A model generated the notes under the pieces. The model did no database searches, was not told the DNA's origin, and saw only the letters and a program-made list of their open reading frames with translations. A stretch of DNA of 61,740 bases, the filler included, from Choristocarpus tenellus KU-1152 (taxonomy: Eukaryota > Protista > Phaeophyceae), in assembly GCA_964200185.2 (NCBI GenBank). It is 11 parts of 11 records of this genome, joined end to end, with 100 filler letters (N's around TTAATTAATTAA, not from the genome) between each part and the next. Parts side by side here need not be neighbours in the genome. Positions count along the whole stretch, not along the records: positions 33,562 to 39,916 come from CAXNAD020008322.1; positions 40,017 to 45,558 come from CAXNAD020010469.1; positions 45,659 to 48,737 come from CAXNAD020022478.1; 8 more parts are not named here. One strand, written 5' to 3'. The position numbers and the translations under genes are program-made. Positions 37,103 through 48,562 of this stretch are shown here, one piece after another. Position 1 is the first letter of the stretch, and every line of letters begins with the position of its first letter.

Positions 37103-38488
37103 TGTACAATTTGCCTTGGGAGGTAATGCTATTTATCAGTAGTAGTGAAGACAAGAAGGTGTGAAGCCTCACACGGTTCCCCATTGCTGGACGTGATTAC
37201 ATGGTTGAAATTAGAAGAGTGACCTCTCTCTGTGGGTATCTTCTCATTGCTTGTTTATTATTATTTTGTGCTTCCTACCCAAGTCAACGGTTATGTCAAA
37301 GTAGTTGAATGCAGAAAAAAACCCATATGTAATCCCATTCATACTCCGAAGGTACTATCTCATTAGTTACATCTCTCATACACAAAATAAGGTGCACCTT
37401 ACCATTGTCCTATTTTGCACACTTATCAGAGTGGGCGATATCAACTTCATCAAGGCAGAGGATGTGAGTGAAGATGAGTTCACCAAGGTCAAAAAGGCAT
37501 ACTACGTAGTATGACTTTTTGTTGAGAGGTACCACTGACTTCAATAAGTGCATTGTTCGTAATGCAGCGTCACCATCGGAGGCGTGGAAGCAGTTGAGGG
37601 AACATCTTCTTATTCATTCTGAAGAGGAAATAGCCAGACTACAAAAGATGGTTATTAGTGTCAAGATGCCTCGGGGGTCCGACCCCCAAATTATCTTCAC
37701 CACTATGCTAGACTGGGTAAGCCAGAAGGCATTGATGGGGTGCATGAGATGTCGGAGCAGATTATGCAAATCGCTATACTGGATTCTCTGGACCACGACT
37801 ACGAGATTACAAAGCATTTCCTGCAACACCGTGGTACCGATGATCGTACGAGGGACACCATTCAACGTGCCGCCCGTTCGCGATATTTTTCCCTGCAACG
37901 CGAAGCAGGGAAAAGCGGGGAGTCTGGGAACGCTCTTGCCGCCAGGACCATGAACTCATGGAAGAGGAATCAGAAGGGTAACCGAGGAGGCAGCTAAGGT
38001 ACAACTGGTCGTCGTATAGACCATGGCACGACAGGTCCCGTGTCAGGAGTCAGACCAAGGCCCATGAAATGTGTTTCAAGTGTGAATTGGTCAAACATGC
38101 CGGTCCTTGCACGTCCGAAGGACTGTACTACAGCTGCGGGAGCAAAGGTCACCTGCAGGCTGTTTGTTGCCAGGATAGAGCCAACCCGTCAAAGTCAACG
38201 GCTGAATTAGCTGGACCAGAGGTAAATTTGTATGGTAGAAAGGTGATACTTTGATTCGGGGGCATTGAGCAAATGTGACGAAAGACTCGACTAACTTGTT
38301 TGACTTCACCCCATGTCCAGAAGGTCGTAAATGACTGTGGCATATGGCACATCACTACCCATTATGGGTATGGCACGATTGATTTAAATTTCAATGTAGG
38401 TCATAACGAGTGGGTGCATGTTACTTTGGCGTCTGTCGCACTGGTCCCCAATCTAGCATTCAATCTCGTATCCCCACGCTCTTCTTGA
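36982..38488 (+). mobile_element. Ty1/Copia gag-protease relic
   Basis: LADENYADWFTITRAFLDA (gag N-terminus), AASPSEAWKQL..AILDSLDHDYE (UBN2-type gag), CGSKGHLQAVC zinc-knuckle remnant, YFDSGA (protease) and VALVPNLAFNLVS; many stops and frameshifts. Confidence 0.85.
37103..37421. mobile_element. Solo LTR (319 bp) inserted in the Copia gag
   Basis: TGTACAA...TTGCACA termini, TSD CCTAT/CTTAT. Removing it restores GAACCTATCAGAGTGGG, which survives uninterrupted in the left arm of the foldback. Confidence 0.85.
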
Positions 38489-38814
38489 AGGATGAGGACG
38501 AGACAGTTGCGGTGTTTATGTGTTGTCATCTGCGCATTTCCCTTCGCATCACCCGAGGACTAGAGGGCATATCGTATCTACTCTCAATCCTAGAGGTGGA
38601 GGGCGTTGAGAATGGTATCTCCTGGACTGATCGAGAGTACAAGGGGAATATGAAGCTAACCTCTTTAATGTTTGGATGGAGGTCTGGATTGGTGAGAGTT
38701 CAGGAAGTGGAGATTGGATGCTGAAGGTCACCATTCTGCAGCACTTCACCTGGTGGCGGTCCAAACTTCTTTGTTTTTTCTGCTGTTTTGTTTTGCAAGA
38801 GTTTCATTGTTTGA

Positions 38815-39355
38815 TGTGTTTTGATGCTCTGTATTTATTACCTTTACAATTGTGTACACACCAGCTGTCAGCAGTGGTAATACCTACATTTTCAGATTCG
38901 ATGCCCTGTATTTATTACCTTTACAACCGTGCACACACCAGCTGACAGCAGTGGTAATACCAACGTTTTCACATTCCTTGCCCTGAATTTATTACCTTTA
39001 CAATCGTGTACACACACCAGCTGTCAGCAGTGGTAATACCTACATTTTCAAATTCGATGCCCCGCATTTATTACCTTTTACAACTGTGCACACACCAGCT
39101 GTCAGCAGTGGTAATACCGACATTTTCAGATTCGATGCCCTGTATTTATTACCTTTACAACCGTGTACGTACACCAGCTGTCAGCAGTGGTAATACCTAT
39201 ATTTTCAAATTCAATGCCCTGTATTTGTTACCTTTTACAACCGTGCATACACCAGCTGCCAATGGTGGTAACACCAACGTTTTCAGATTCGGTGCCCTGT
39301 ATTTATTACCTTTACAACCGTGTACGCACCATTGACTGTCAATGGTGGTATCATC
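38815..39355. repeat. Minisatellite, about 7 units of 77-80 bp
   Basis: TTTATTACCTTTACAA recurs at about 38834, 38911, 38988, 39067, 39145, 39224 and 39302; the whole unit is conserved. Confidence 0.92.
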
Positions 39356-39460
39356 AAAATCACGACTGTCGAATCTATATTGAATTTGATTGAAACCGTT
39401 CATAAACCGTATTCTGCCACCCCAGTCACTGACAATGTAAGCCCCGAAGTCAATGTTGCC

Positions 39461-39711
39461 TAAGTATCTTAGAGGGTACGAGTTTTTCGCTGGTTGTCCT
39501 TTGGGGCTTGGCTGCCAACGGGTTTTCAACGACATTGTACTAACTCAAAAATGTTTTGGAGAAGTACAGTGTGTACATTATGGAAAGGAGTGTCCGGATA
39601 AAGGATATTGACATCTCCAAACAAAAATGATAGCAAGAATTACAGCAAGAATGCAAGATTTGAATTCGGCTGCCAAATGGACGTGACTGTACCCCTAAGA
39701 TACTTTGACCC
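39461..39711. mobile_element. MITE family A, near full-length
   Basis: AAGTATCTTAGAGGGTACGAG...TACCCCTAAGATACTTTGACCC. Confidence 0.85.
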
Positions 39712-39728
39712 GCACCCATAATACCAAT

Positions 39729-39883
39729 GGGTCAAAGAGTCTGGGGGTGGGAGGTGGTTTGTCAGGGGATGTCCGTTTCGGTCAAACAACTTTTCTTCTT
39801 GCTGATATTTCAAATTCAACATGTGCGACCAAATCATACCAAAAAAGTGAAAATCGAAAAAAGGGTGAAAAATGGACGCCGAC

Positions 39884-39916
<33 letters not shown>
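39729..39916. mobile_element. MITE family C, right end lost at the contig break in the poly-C tract
   Basis: Starts GGGTCAAAGAGTCTGGGGG; body matches 29705-29868. Confidence 0.8.
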
Positions 39917-42224
39917 NNNNNNNNNNNNNNNNNNNNNNNNNNNNNNNNNNNNNNNNNNNNTTAATTAATTAANNNNNNNNNNNNNNNNNNNNNNNNNNNN
40001 NNNNNNNNNNNNNNNNCTTCCCGTCTTCTTTCCCCCCCCCCCCCCCCCCCCCCCCCCACCCGACAACAAAACAAGTCTTACGGTGGAATCGTATGTGAAA
40101 GTTTGGCATGTAATTGTACCTCGACCCAACCTGCTGAAACTGATCCACAAAACAAGCAAATGTGTGTGTGTATACTATGGTATGCCCTGGTTGTCCCTCC
40201 CTGTGCTAAGTATTCAATGCACGTGTCGAGATTAAACAATAACAATCTCTTGCCCTTGAGAACCAAGCCTACCCGCAACCCCAATCCCTAACCTTTGCAA
40301 TGGACCCAGTCGTTAGTCTATCTCTAGGGATGAATGAGAGTAGTGATGAGAGAGTAGGGTTAGGGTGCAGTGTCTCTTCTGTTACATTGGATCGGTGCCA
40401 GTCTTGCTCCTAAATCTTTTGCCTCCTCTTGTTGTGGGTGATGTCCCAATATCATCCCTTACTAATATATAACCCTCCAATACTACCATGCCAGTGCCAT
40501 GCCATGAGCCTTGTTTTTTATTTTAATGTATCCCTAACCCTGAGTATCCCTAATTCTGTATTAATTGTTATCAGAGGAATGCTTATCCCCAGTTGCCGTA
40601 AATCGAGATAGATATATATATATGAATATAAATATTGTGTAAGAAGACAAATGTGTGTCTCTGCGTACTAAAGTTAGTAGGTAAAGACGTTGAGAAAGAG
40701 AGGATCAATACAAGCTCTTGCCCCGACTTTGAACCTGTCACAGGAGCGTCGACGGACGGGCTTTGATGAGTTCCTGGGCCTTGTGGTGGGTGACTAGGCA
40801 CACTTGGGAGGGAAATGACAGAGCGACCATAGTAGCGGAAAGACCTTACGTAGGTTTTGAATGTCCCCTTCTAGAGAGTGGGCTGCATACCAGCTACTGT
40901 GATGTCTGATAGGGGACGGAGTCATTGTGTGAACTGTGGTAACACACTTGTATGCAAACACTATGTTGAGGAGTAGGGGGTGCTTGATATGTCGGGAACT
41001 TTGGAGTGTTTGTGGAGGTTTGTTTGCATATTGTGTGTGTGTGTGTATGTATTGCTTCATGGTTATTTTTGATAGATTAGTGCGGAACATTCCGTAAAAC
41101 TTGCATTTTTTTATTTTTACTTGCCTGGCGTAATCTTTTTCTCTCTTTACCTTGTTCTATGCTATCTGCTAAAACATCAAGTCGGCGGTTACTTGGCACC
41201 CTGACCCTCAATCAACTTCACGACCATGGATGATGACTCTTCTATTATTTCTTTTTCATTACTATTAATTCTATTTTATGCCAAAAAGGTAAAAGCGTTC
41301 TTCTTTTGACAATAATACAGTGGTTTGTGATCTGAAGTCCATCAATAACATTGTCGACTGATAAATTCTGCGTCTCATTTCTCTGGAAGGCGGATCAAAA
41401 AGCGGCAATAGTACGATGTGTTGCATTTTGTTTCACGGTAGGGGAGTTGTAGAAGGATTCTACGGCGGTGTGGTAGGAAGAAAAATAAAATAATCTGAAT
41501 TGCCACTAGCAGGACAACAAACAGCATGGAACCAGGCAAGATTCGGGGCTACGTGTCCTGGGTGTCATGGATGGGGATGTGCTTGAGTTTTTCAATGAAG
41601 CTAATCGATCCTGGGATACAAGTGTAGTTGATATCTTGCAGCCAAGTGAGGTGTTCTGTGCACCCCTCCCCTCACCTGTCCACAGTTGGCAGGCTTATTC
41701 CCAGCCAATTTGTGGTTGGGCCCTTGGGCATAGCTCTCTGTAGTTACGTACGATTTGGATGCGTGTATCAGACTTGAGACCAGGGATGTGAATGCTGTCG
41801 TCTACCCTTGCCTTCGTCACTTTGAAACCGATTTGTAACTGCATTTTGAAGTCTCGGCGATACGCTTGAATTCATGCATGAGTTGTTCTGTGAGCAATGG
41901 TTCGCTCCCTACTCTGGTCTGGGACAGGCCCTCAAGTAACAATCGTCAGTGCTCTGCTCTTGGAGACCAAAAGGTCTCTGTCCTTCTTGCACCTCGTCTT
42001 GAATTTGCTGATCCCTTCCCCCTCTCCCCCCCCCCCTCGCCTCCTAGGCGGGACTGCACCCAAGGCCACAGGAGCTGGACACCTTCTTGGCTATGGAGGA
42101 GCATGGAGTGGGGGTACGTGGGGGGCGTACAGCGGGAGTTAACATTGCATGGACAGGCGGTGTTACTAAGGCGGCACCCTCATCTTCCACAGTGACTGCT
42201 GGCCAAGGTGTGTTTTTGTATGGG

Positions 42225-42255
<31 letters not shown>

Positions 42256-43016
42256 TGCTGGGGTGCTGAAGATGTGAGATGGGATTGAATATGAGTTTTC
42301 ATTTTGGGCATTAGTGAGCTGTTGTGGTTGAAGCAATACTCTGTGGACAAGAGGTATGTTGGAGACCAGAATGAGGGGGGTTTTCTTCTGTTTCTTTTTA
42401 TGTTTCTTGTGGAGTTTTTTTTTATTGCTTAGTTTTGACAAGTGGAGGTATATACCTTGTTGAAGTATTGCATGTCTCATGGAGGAGTGGAAGAGATGAA
42501 TCACTCAAAGAGTTGGTTAATGGTACAAAGTGATTTTGATTACCTGGCCCCTTTCACTTTTTTAACATTTCAACAAACTGTTCTACTTTGTACCTGGTAC
42601 TACGAAATTATTTGGAGTGCTCGTTAGTGTGTTTGTACTTGTTAGTGTGTTCGTTCTGAAGCACTGTGGTACTTAAGTTATTATTGACTGTTGTAAAGGT
42701 CAAGACAAGAAGGAGAAGACATATGAAAACCTCTTTGAGCCTTTGGAAGGAGTTGTTGTGTTTGTGAATTTTGTGATCATTGCTGTCCACTTTCACCACC
42801 CAACAACCTCTCACCTATGTGCCTGAGCTACAACCCCACCCACGACTCTTGCTAGCGTAGTACTTCAATACAGCCAGCAGTGCCCCCTTACATGGTGTAA
42901 TGGGTGTAATGCTGCTTGATAGACAAATCGTTCGAGGGTCTTTTGGACCTTTTTTGGCGTCCACTTCTGTCAAATTTGTGCACGAAACCACCTCAGTGGA
43001 TTGGAGACCGGCGCAT

Positions 43017-43206
43017 GACTCGAAGTATCTGGGGGGGGGGGGGTCTACACCATGGTTCCATTTGGGTCAAAATCAGGAAAAAGTGAAAAAGTGTACTTTC
43101 ATTATCCATCGGACGTATGGAACCAAATCATCCAAAAATCGCGACATGAAAAAATTGACCCCAAATGGACAGCTTCCACACACACACACACCAGATAATT
43201 TGAGTC
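43017..43206. mobile_element. MITE family B reference copy (190 bp)
   Basis: GACTCGAAGTATCTGG...CCAGATAATTTGAGTC with a perfect 4-bp TSD GCAT. Confidence 0.9.
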
Positions 43207-43570
43207 GCATGGACGCTCGCTCTAACAGCTAACCTACATTTGCATCAAAGATACAATACTTTTGCAAACACTACGAGAGGGGTGGAAGATGCAGACCAAG
43301 TCTGTGCAGGCCTCCCCTCCTCCTCTTGACTGTATGAATGCTGTTGAGTGCCATTGTGTTGTTATCTGCTCTACCTCAAAACCTCAAGAGTACCTGGAAA
43401 GTAGACTCTTCTGGTGTACGTTATTCTTTTGGGGTTGGTTGTTCATTTTGTTGTGATTGGTTGAATGGTGTGGGCGAATCGTTTTCATTGGATCGATCAC
43501 ACCGAGCATGTGCGTGTGTTATTTCAAGACGTAATGTATTAATAATAATAATAATAATGATGATGATAGT

Positions 43571-43815
43571 AATAGAAATAGAAATAGTAGTGGCCTTTTA
43601 AAAGTTCAATGGTGATGTCTTCGGAGTGTCCAGATCCAATGTATTAGTAATAATGATAATAATAGAAATAGTAGTGTCCTTTTAAAAGTTCAATAGTGAT
43701 GTCTTCGGAGTGTCCAGATCCAATGTATTCATATTAACAACGATAGCAATAAAATTAGTAGCGGCCTTGTTAAAGTTCAACGATGAAGTCTTCAGGGTGT
43801 CAAGATCTAATGAAA
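43571..43815. repeat. Three diverged tandem units of about 85 bp
   Basis: AAAGTTCAA..G.TG..GTCTTC.G.GTGTC.AGATC.AATG at 43601, 43685 and 43772. Confidence 0.85.
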
Positions 43816-44063
43816 TCGATTTAGAGAATATTCTCAGCATCTCAATCACCTAAGAATGCCATCAACCCCGACCCCACAGCTGGCTGGACTGTTTTCCTAA
43901 TGTGTGCTGCGGCGTGTCTCTGCGCAGGGACAGGAAGGACGAGAGGGACGAGGGGGACGGTTGGGAGTGCACCTCGGATATCAAAGGGAACAAGCAGCCG
44001 CCAATGGGAGGGGAGCTCGACCGATCGCCCTCCTCGATTCCCACCATTGGCAGACAGGGTGAG

Positions 44064-44106
<43 letters not shown>

Positions 44107-45897
44107 TGCTTTTGAATTAAAAACATAGTAATTGGCAGACAGGGTGAGATAATATATATATATATATATTGTTTGCTGTTGAATTAAAAAAGCATCATAT
44201 GCTATTATGCAGTTGTGTGTATTGTGTGTTGTTATTATTATTATTATTATTATTATTCCGTTTGTGTATTTATGGGAAAATCCATTCAGGGCCTGGCATG
44301 TCTGAGAATTGCCTTGAAAGAGTGAGGTTTCAAGAATAGGTGGAAATTAGCAAAATGACTCTTTCTGTACTTTTTTTAAAATTTGGAGTGGTTGTTGTGT
44401 TGGCGATCTGTTGGTGATTTGTATTGTTCACCAAGACAAGTGCGACTTTCCGTATCTCCTGTAGCATGATGCAGACACAGTCACAACTCTGTTGGTGCAT
44501 AAAATTTGAATGGCATGTTGCCACTGGTGGTGTACGTAAAGGACAGACGTAGCGAACAGGCAAACTCGATTTTTTTTATTTTTTATTTATTTATTTTTTT
44601 ACCTCATTATCTGAAAATATCGGAGGTTTGTAGGTGGAATCCCAACCGAACCACCTTTCTCACTCGCCCCCACCGATGAGGATATTAAGATGGAGTGGGG
44701 GGNNNNNNNNNNCCGAACCCCCTTTCCGCCCGCCCCCCACGGAGGGGGATATGAGGGGGGGGGGGGGGGGGGGGGGGGGCTCCAGGTAACAGGCTGAAGG
44801 ATATAACGTTTCTAGTAGGAGCATGTATCCCAAAAGTACTGTACTGCCGTCAATAATACTTCGAGTGACTCAGTCAGTGTTGTACCTTTATGGTTTAATC
44901 TATCTGTTTTGATTGATGGAGAAGTATACGAAGTTAGGGATACTTCAGCGATATGATGGATCAAGGTCATACCGTGAGCGATGTTGCTTATACCGTCATA
45001 ACAACACACCAATCTCTAAATTTGTTGTCGAAATCGGTGGGCTGCCAATCTATCTGCTAATAATTAGCAGTTCTATTACGATGTAGAACTTTGATGTGTA
45101 TGTATAGTTGTGTATGTATTGGGTGTAGCTTGAAGATTGTGTTGGGTAGACTCTACTGTTGAAAGCACCTTAACGTAGTTTAGGACAAAGTGCCTTTTTT
45201 TCATTTTTAAACATGAGCTTGTCCAATAGGGAGACAGTACCAAAATTGTTTAACCAATCAAGGAAGCGCCTCCTCCCAAGGTGAAAGAGTTTGAGTTTTC
45301 TCCTTCTCAACTTTCCGTGTCTCAAATTAATTTCTGCACCTTTTTGTGTCAGACGTAGCTGAAATAGTTGACAAAAGAAGGTACTGATGAAAGTAAATAC
45401 ACCCACACGTGTACCACTCTAGTATTCCTGAAATAGTGGGGTTTTTGTTCTGTCTCCATGGGTTGCACTCCCTCCCCCCCCCCCGTGTTGAAAACCTTTA
45501 TCCTGATGGTTGTCTGTCTCTAGGGTGTCTCATGTCGCTTCTCCCCCTCCCCTGTACCNNNNNNNNNNNNNNNNNNNNNNNNNNNNNNNNNNNNNNNNNN
45601 NNTTAATTAATTAANNNNNNNNNNNNNNNNNNNNNNNNNNNNNNNNNNNNNNNNNNNNGGGGGGGGGCGGATAAATCAACCTTGAAAAAAAATAAAAAGA
45701 TAAGAATTGACTTTTTCACCGCCTTCCAGAAAATAAAAAGTATTACGAACAATCTTTGCCTATTCTTGAACAATTGGCAAACGAACACTCACTTTCGAAA
45801 AAGAGATCCGATTTATACAGCGATGAAGATAATAAAAAAATAAATTAACCTCGAACACAAAAATAAAAAGTTAATAAAAATAAATTTAACCTCGCCC

Positions 45898-45931
<34 letters not shown>

Positions 45932-46481
45932 CTTAAATTTTGTTAAAAACAATGTTAATAATAATAATAATAATGTTAAAGATAATGTTACTAATAATGC
46001 TAAAGATCATGTTAAAAACAATGTTAATAATAATAGTGTTAAAGATAAGTGTTAGAAACAAGGGGAAAAATAAAATAAAATAAAGAGAAAATGAAAAAAT
46101 AAAAAGGGGAATCTGTCCTACTCGCACACACTCACTACACTGCACTCCAACATAACAAAAAAAAAGAAAAAGAGACAGTGCCGTCGGTGCAGGTGCAGCG
46201 TCTTGGTTTGGAAGTCCCACCCGTAGGCATGGTCAGTCATCATCATTGGTGCTGCTGCCGAACCAACCCTTGGTTGCCATTGTTATCATCATTTCCCTCT
46301 ATAGGGATAGTGGTGATGTCCTCACTCACGAAGAGCTTTGTTGCCTTTCCTCCCCAGTAGTCATTAAGTCATTAAAAAATAAAACTAAAAAATGCAGGAA
46401 ATTTCTCATACTTTTCTTTTGGTTCATCGGCCACCAGTAGACCTCTCATATACATACACACACACACACACACGCACATAC

Positions 46482-47552
46482 CTTGTTCATCTCAATGTCT
46501 TTCCGATCGAAGTCGATGCAGGTAACCCCATTCTTGACATTAGTCTCCCATCGCATGGTCTGTGTCTTGAGGTCAAACAACTTCACGTCCCCGTTGTCGT
46601 ATCCGGCGGAGACACACCTGTCCTCGTCAGAGAAGGAGTTGCCCAGACACACGCTCCAGCAGTCGCGCACCGCCTACAAAAAAAGCAACAAAACCAAAAA
46701 ATATAATATATATATATAATGTAATTTTATATAATGAAATGTAATAAACCGCCTACAAAAAAAGCAACAAAAAACCCCCCAAAAAATGTAATATATATAT
46801 ATAATGTAATGTGATATAATGAAATGTAATAAACCGCCTACAAAAAAACCCCAAAAAAATGTAATATATATATATAATGTAATATAATGATATGTAATAA
46901 ACCGCCTACAAAAACCCCCCAAGAAATAAATAATATATATGTAATGTAATATAATGAAATGTAATAAACCGCCCACAAAAAAACCCAAAAAATATATATA
47001 ATATATATATATAATGTAATATAATGAAATGTAATAAACCGCCTACAAAAAAAACAAAAACAAATACAAAATAAAAATGTAATATATATATATAATGTAA
47101 TGTAATATAATGAAATGTAATAAAATAGAATGTAATGCAATATAGTGAAATATAATAATATAGAATAGAATGCAAAATACACACACACACACAAACCGCC
47201 TTCAAAAAATAAAATAAAAATAAAAATGTAATACAATGAAATAGAATTATAGATCAGAGTGCAATGAAATAGAACACGATGTAATATAACGAAATAAATA
47301 ATGTAGAATAGAATGCAATAAAATAGAATTGAAATATAAACGAAAAAAAAAAACGCACTGAAATGGGACAATGAAAAAATATGTGTTGTCAGTGTGTGCG
47401 CGCGCAAAATAAATAAAGTTTGTTCTTACTTTTGTACCCGAGCAGGGAAAAAAAAATCACGTGGAAAATCGTTTGGGACAAGGAAAATGTACTACTACTA
47501 CTAGTACTAGTACTAGTACTACTAGTACTACTACCAATACCAATACCACTAT

Positions 47553-47584
<32 letters not shown>

Positions 47585-48191
47585 TACTACTGCTTCCGCA
47601 GCTCTTTTATTTTATTCTTATCCTCTTTACATTACTGCTTATGCAAGAGGATTTCAAAATGTACAGCGAGACACCCCCTACACTGCTGTGAAAAAAAAAA
47701 ATGTACTATCGATAATAAAAAAAAACTAAAAATGCGCTCATCACCAGCGGAAGTGCAGGGGGCGAGAGGTACAAGCCTCTCCATCATGTCACCGAAAGCC
47801 TACTGAATCCTGAATGCTGATTGGTCACTCCACCAACTCTTACAGAATTCGCCAGGGCGGCCAGGGGGGGGGTACTGCAGTGAATCTGACGGGAAAACAG
47901 CTGGAGTTGGTGGTGATCGGCCCATATAAGTCTGCTTTCCTTCCTAAGAAAAACTATCGGGAGGGAAAAGGGGGATCTAGAACCCTAACCCTAAGATGTA
48001 CGAATGAATGCATGGTGTGAAGATTGACAAATGAAGAAAAACGTAACAGGCACTAGAAAGTAAAACACATCAATACACGTATCACCCACTCCATTGACTC
48101 GATTTGGTACAACACGCACACCTGTACCATTCCGCGGAAATAAAAACAAAAATTCCTGACCAAAACATGCCACCAAGCTAGGAGAACCCGT

Positions 48192-48226
<35 letters not shown>

Positions 48227-48562
48227 TACACCTCACAAAAAAACCAACCCCAACCCCACCCCCCCCCCCCCCTCTCTTTTTTCTNNNNNNNNNCCCCCCC
48301 CTTGAAGTTACCGTTAATTAGAACACAAAACACTCCCGGGAATCACACGTTCCCATTGCTTTTATTGTATCAAAAATATCTCTCTTCTATTTATCAGACA
48401 TTTTCTTACTACAAATAATATAAAAAGTAAATCCTTCAAATATGTACAGTCTCCAGCATTAGTGGTGCGGCACACCTCTCCCTTCTTAGGTTCAATGATC
48501 ACGACAGGTTGGTTAACTCTCGTGTCCCATATCTTTACACAGCCGTCCCTACTCCCAGTCGC
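46482..48562 (-). CDS. WDR92: WD-repeat protein 92 / dynein axonemal assembly factor 10; two internal exons (48476-48562, 46482-46673)
   Basis: [22 protein letters not shown]|[36 protein letters not shown]....[24 protein letters not shown] is the characteristic WDR92 segment; phase-0 GT-AG junctions. Confidence 0.92.
46669..47230. repeat. AT-rich minisatellite (about 65-85 bp units) that includes the WDR92 splice acceptor
   Basis: ACCGCCTACAAAAA at 46669, 46748, 46833, 46901 and 47038, with variants at 46968 and 47195. Confidence 0.85.
47489..47590. repeat. (TAC)n-type microsatellite
   Basis: Imperfect TAC/TAG trinucleotide run in the WDR92 intron. Confidence 0.9.

Noticed and set aside
37284-37296. 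Copia primer-binding site (CAAC-GGTTATG)
   Set aside because: It lies inside the solo LTR defined by its TSD and termini, not after an LTR end.
38815-39355. CRISPR-like array or repeat protein ORFs
   Set aside because: No variable spacers, and unit lengths are not consistently multiples of three, so the ORFs are by-products of the repeat.
46674-47806. Hydrophobic or Tyr/Ile-rich ORFs
   Set aside because: Translations of AT-rich mini- and microsatellites inside the WDR92 intron.
118-48562. Ciliary gene cluster (DYNC2H1 plus WDR92)
   Set aside because: The genes are on different contigs separated by artificial spacers; linkage cannot be inferred.
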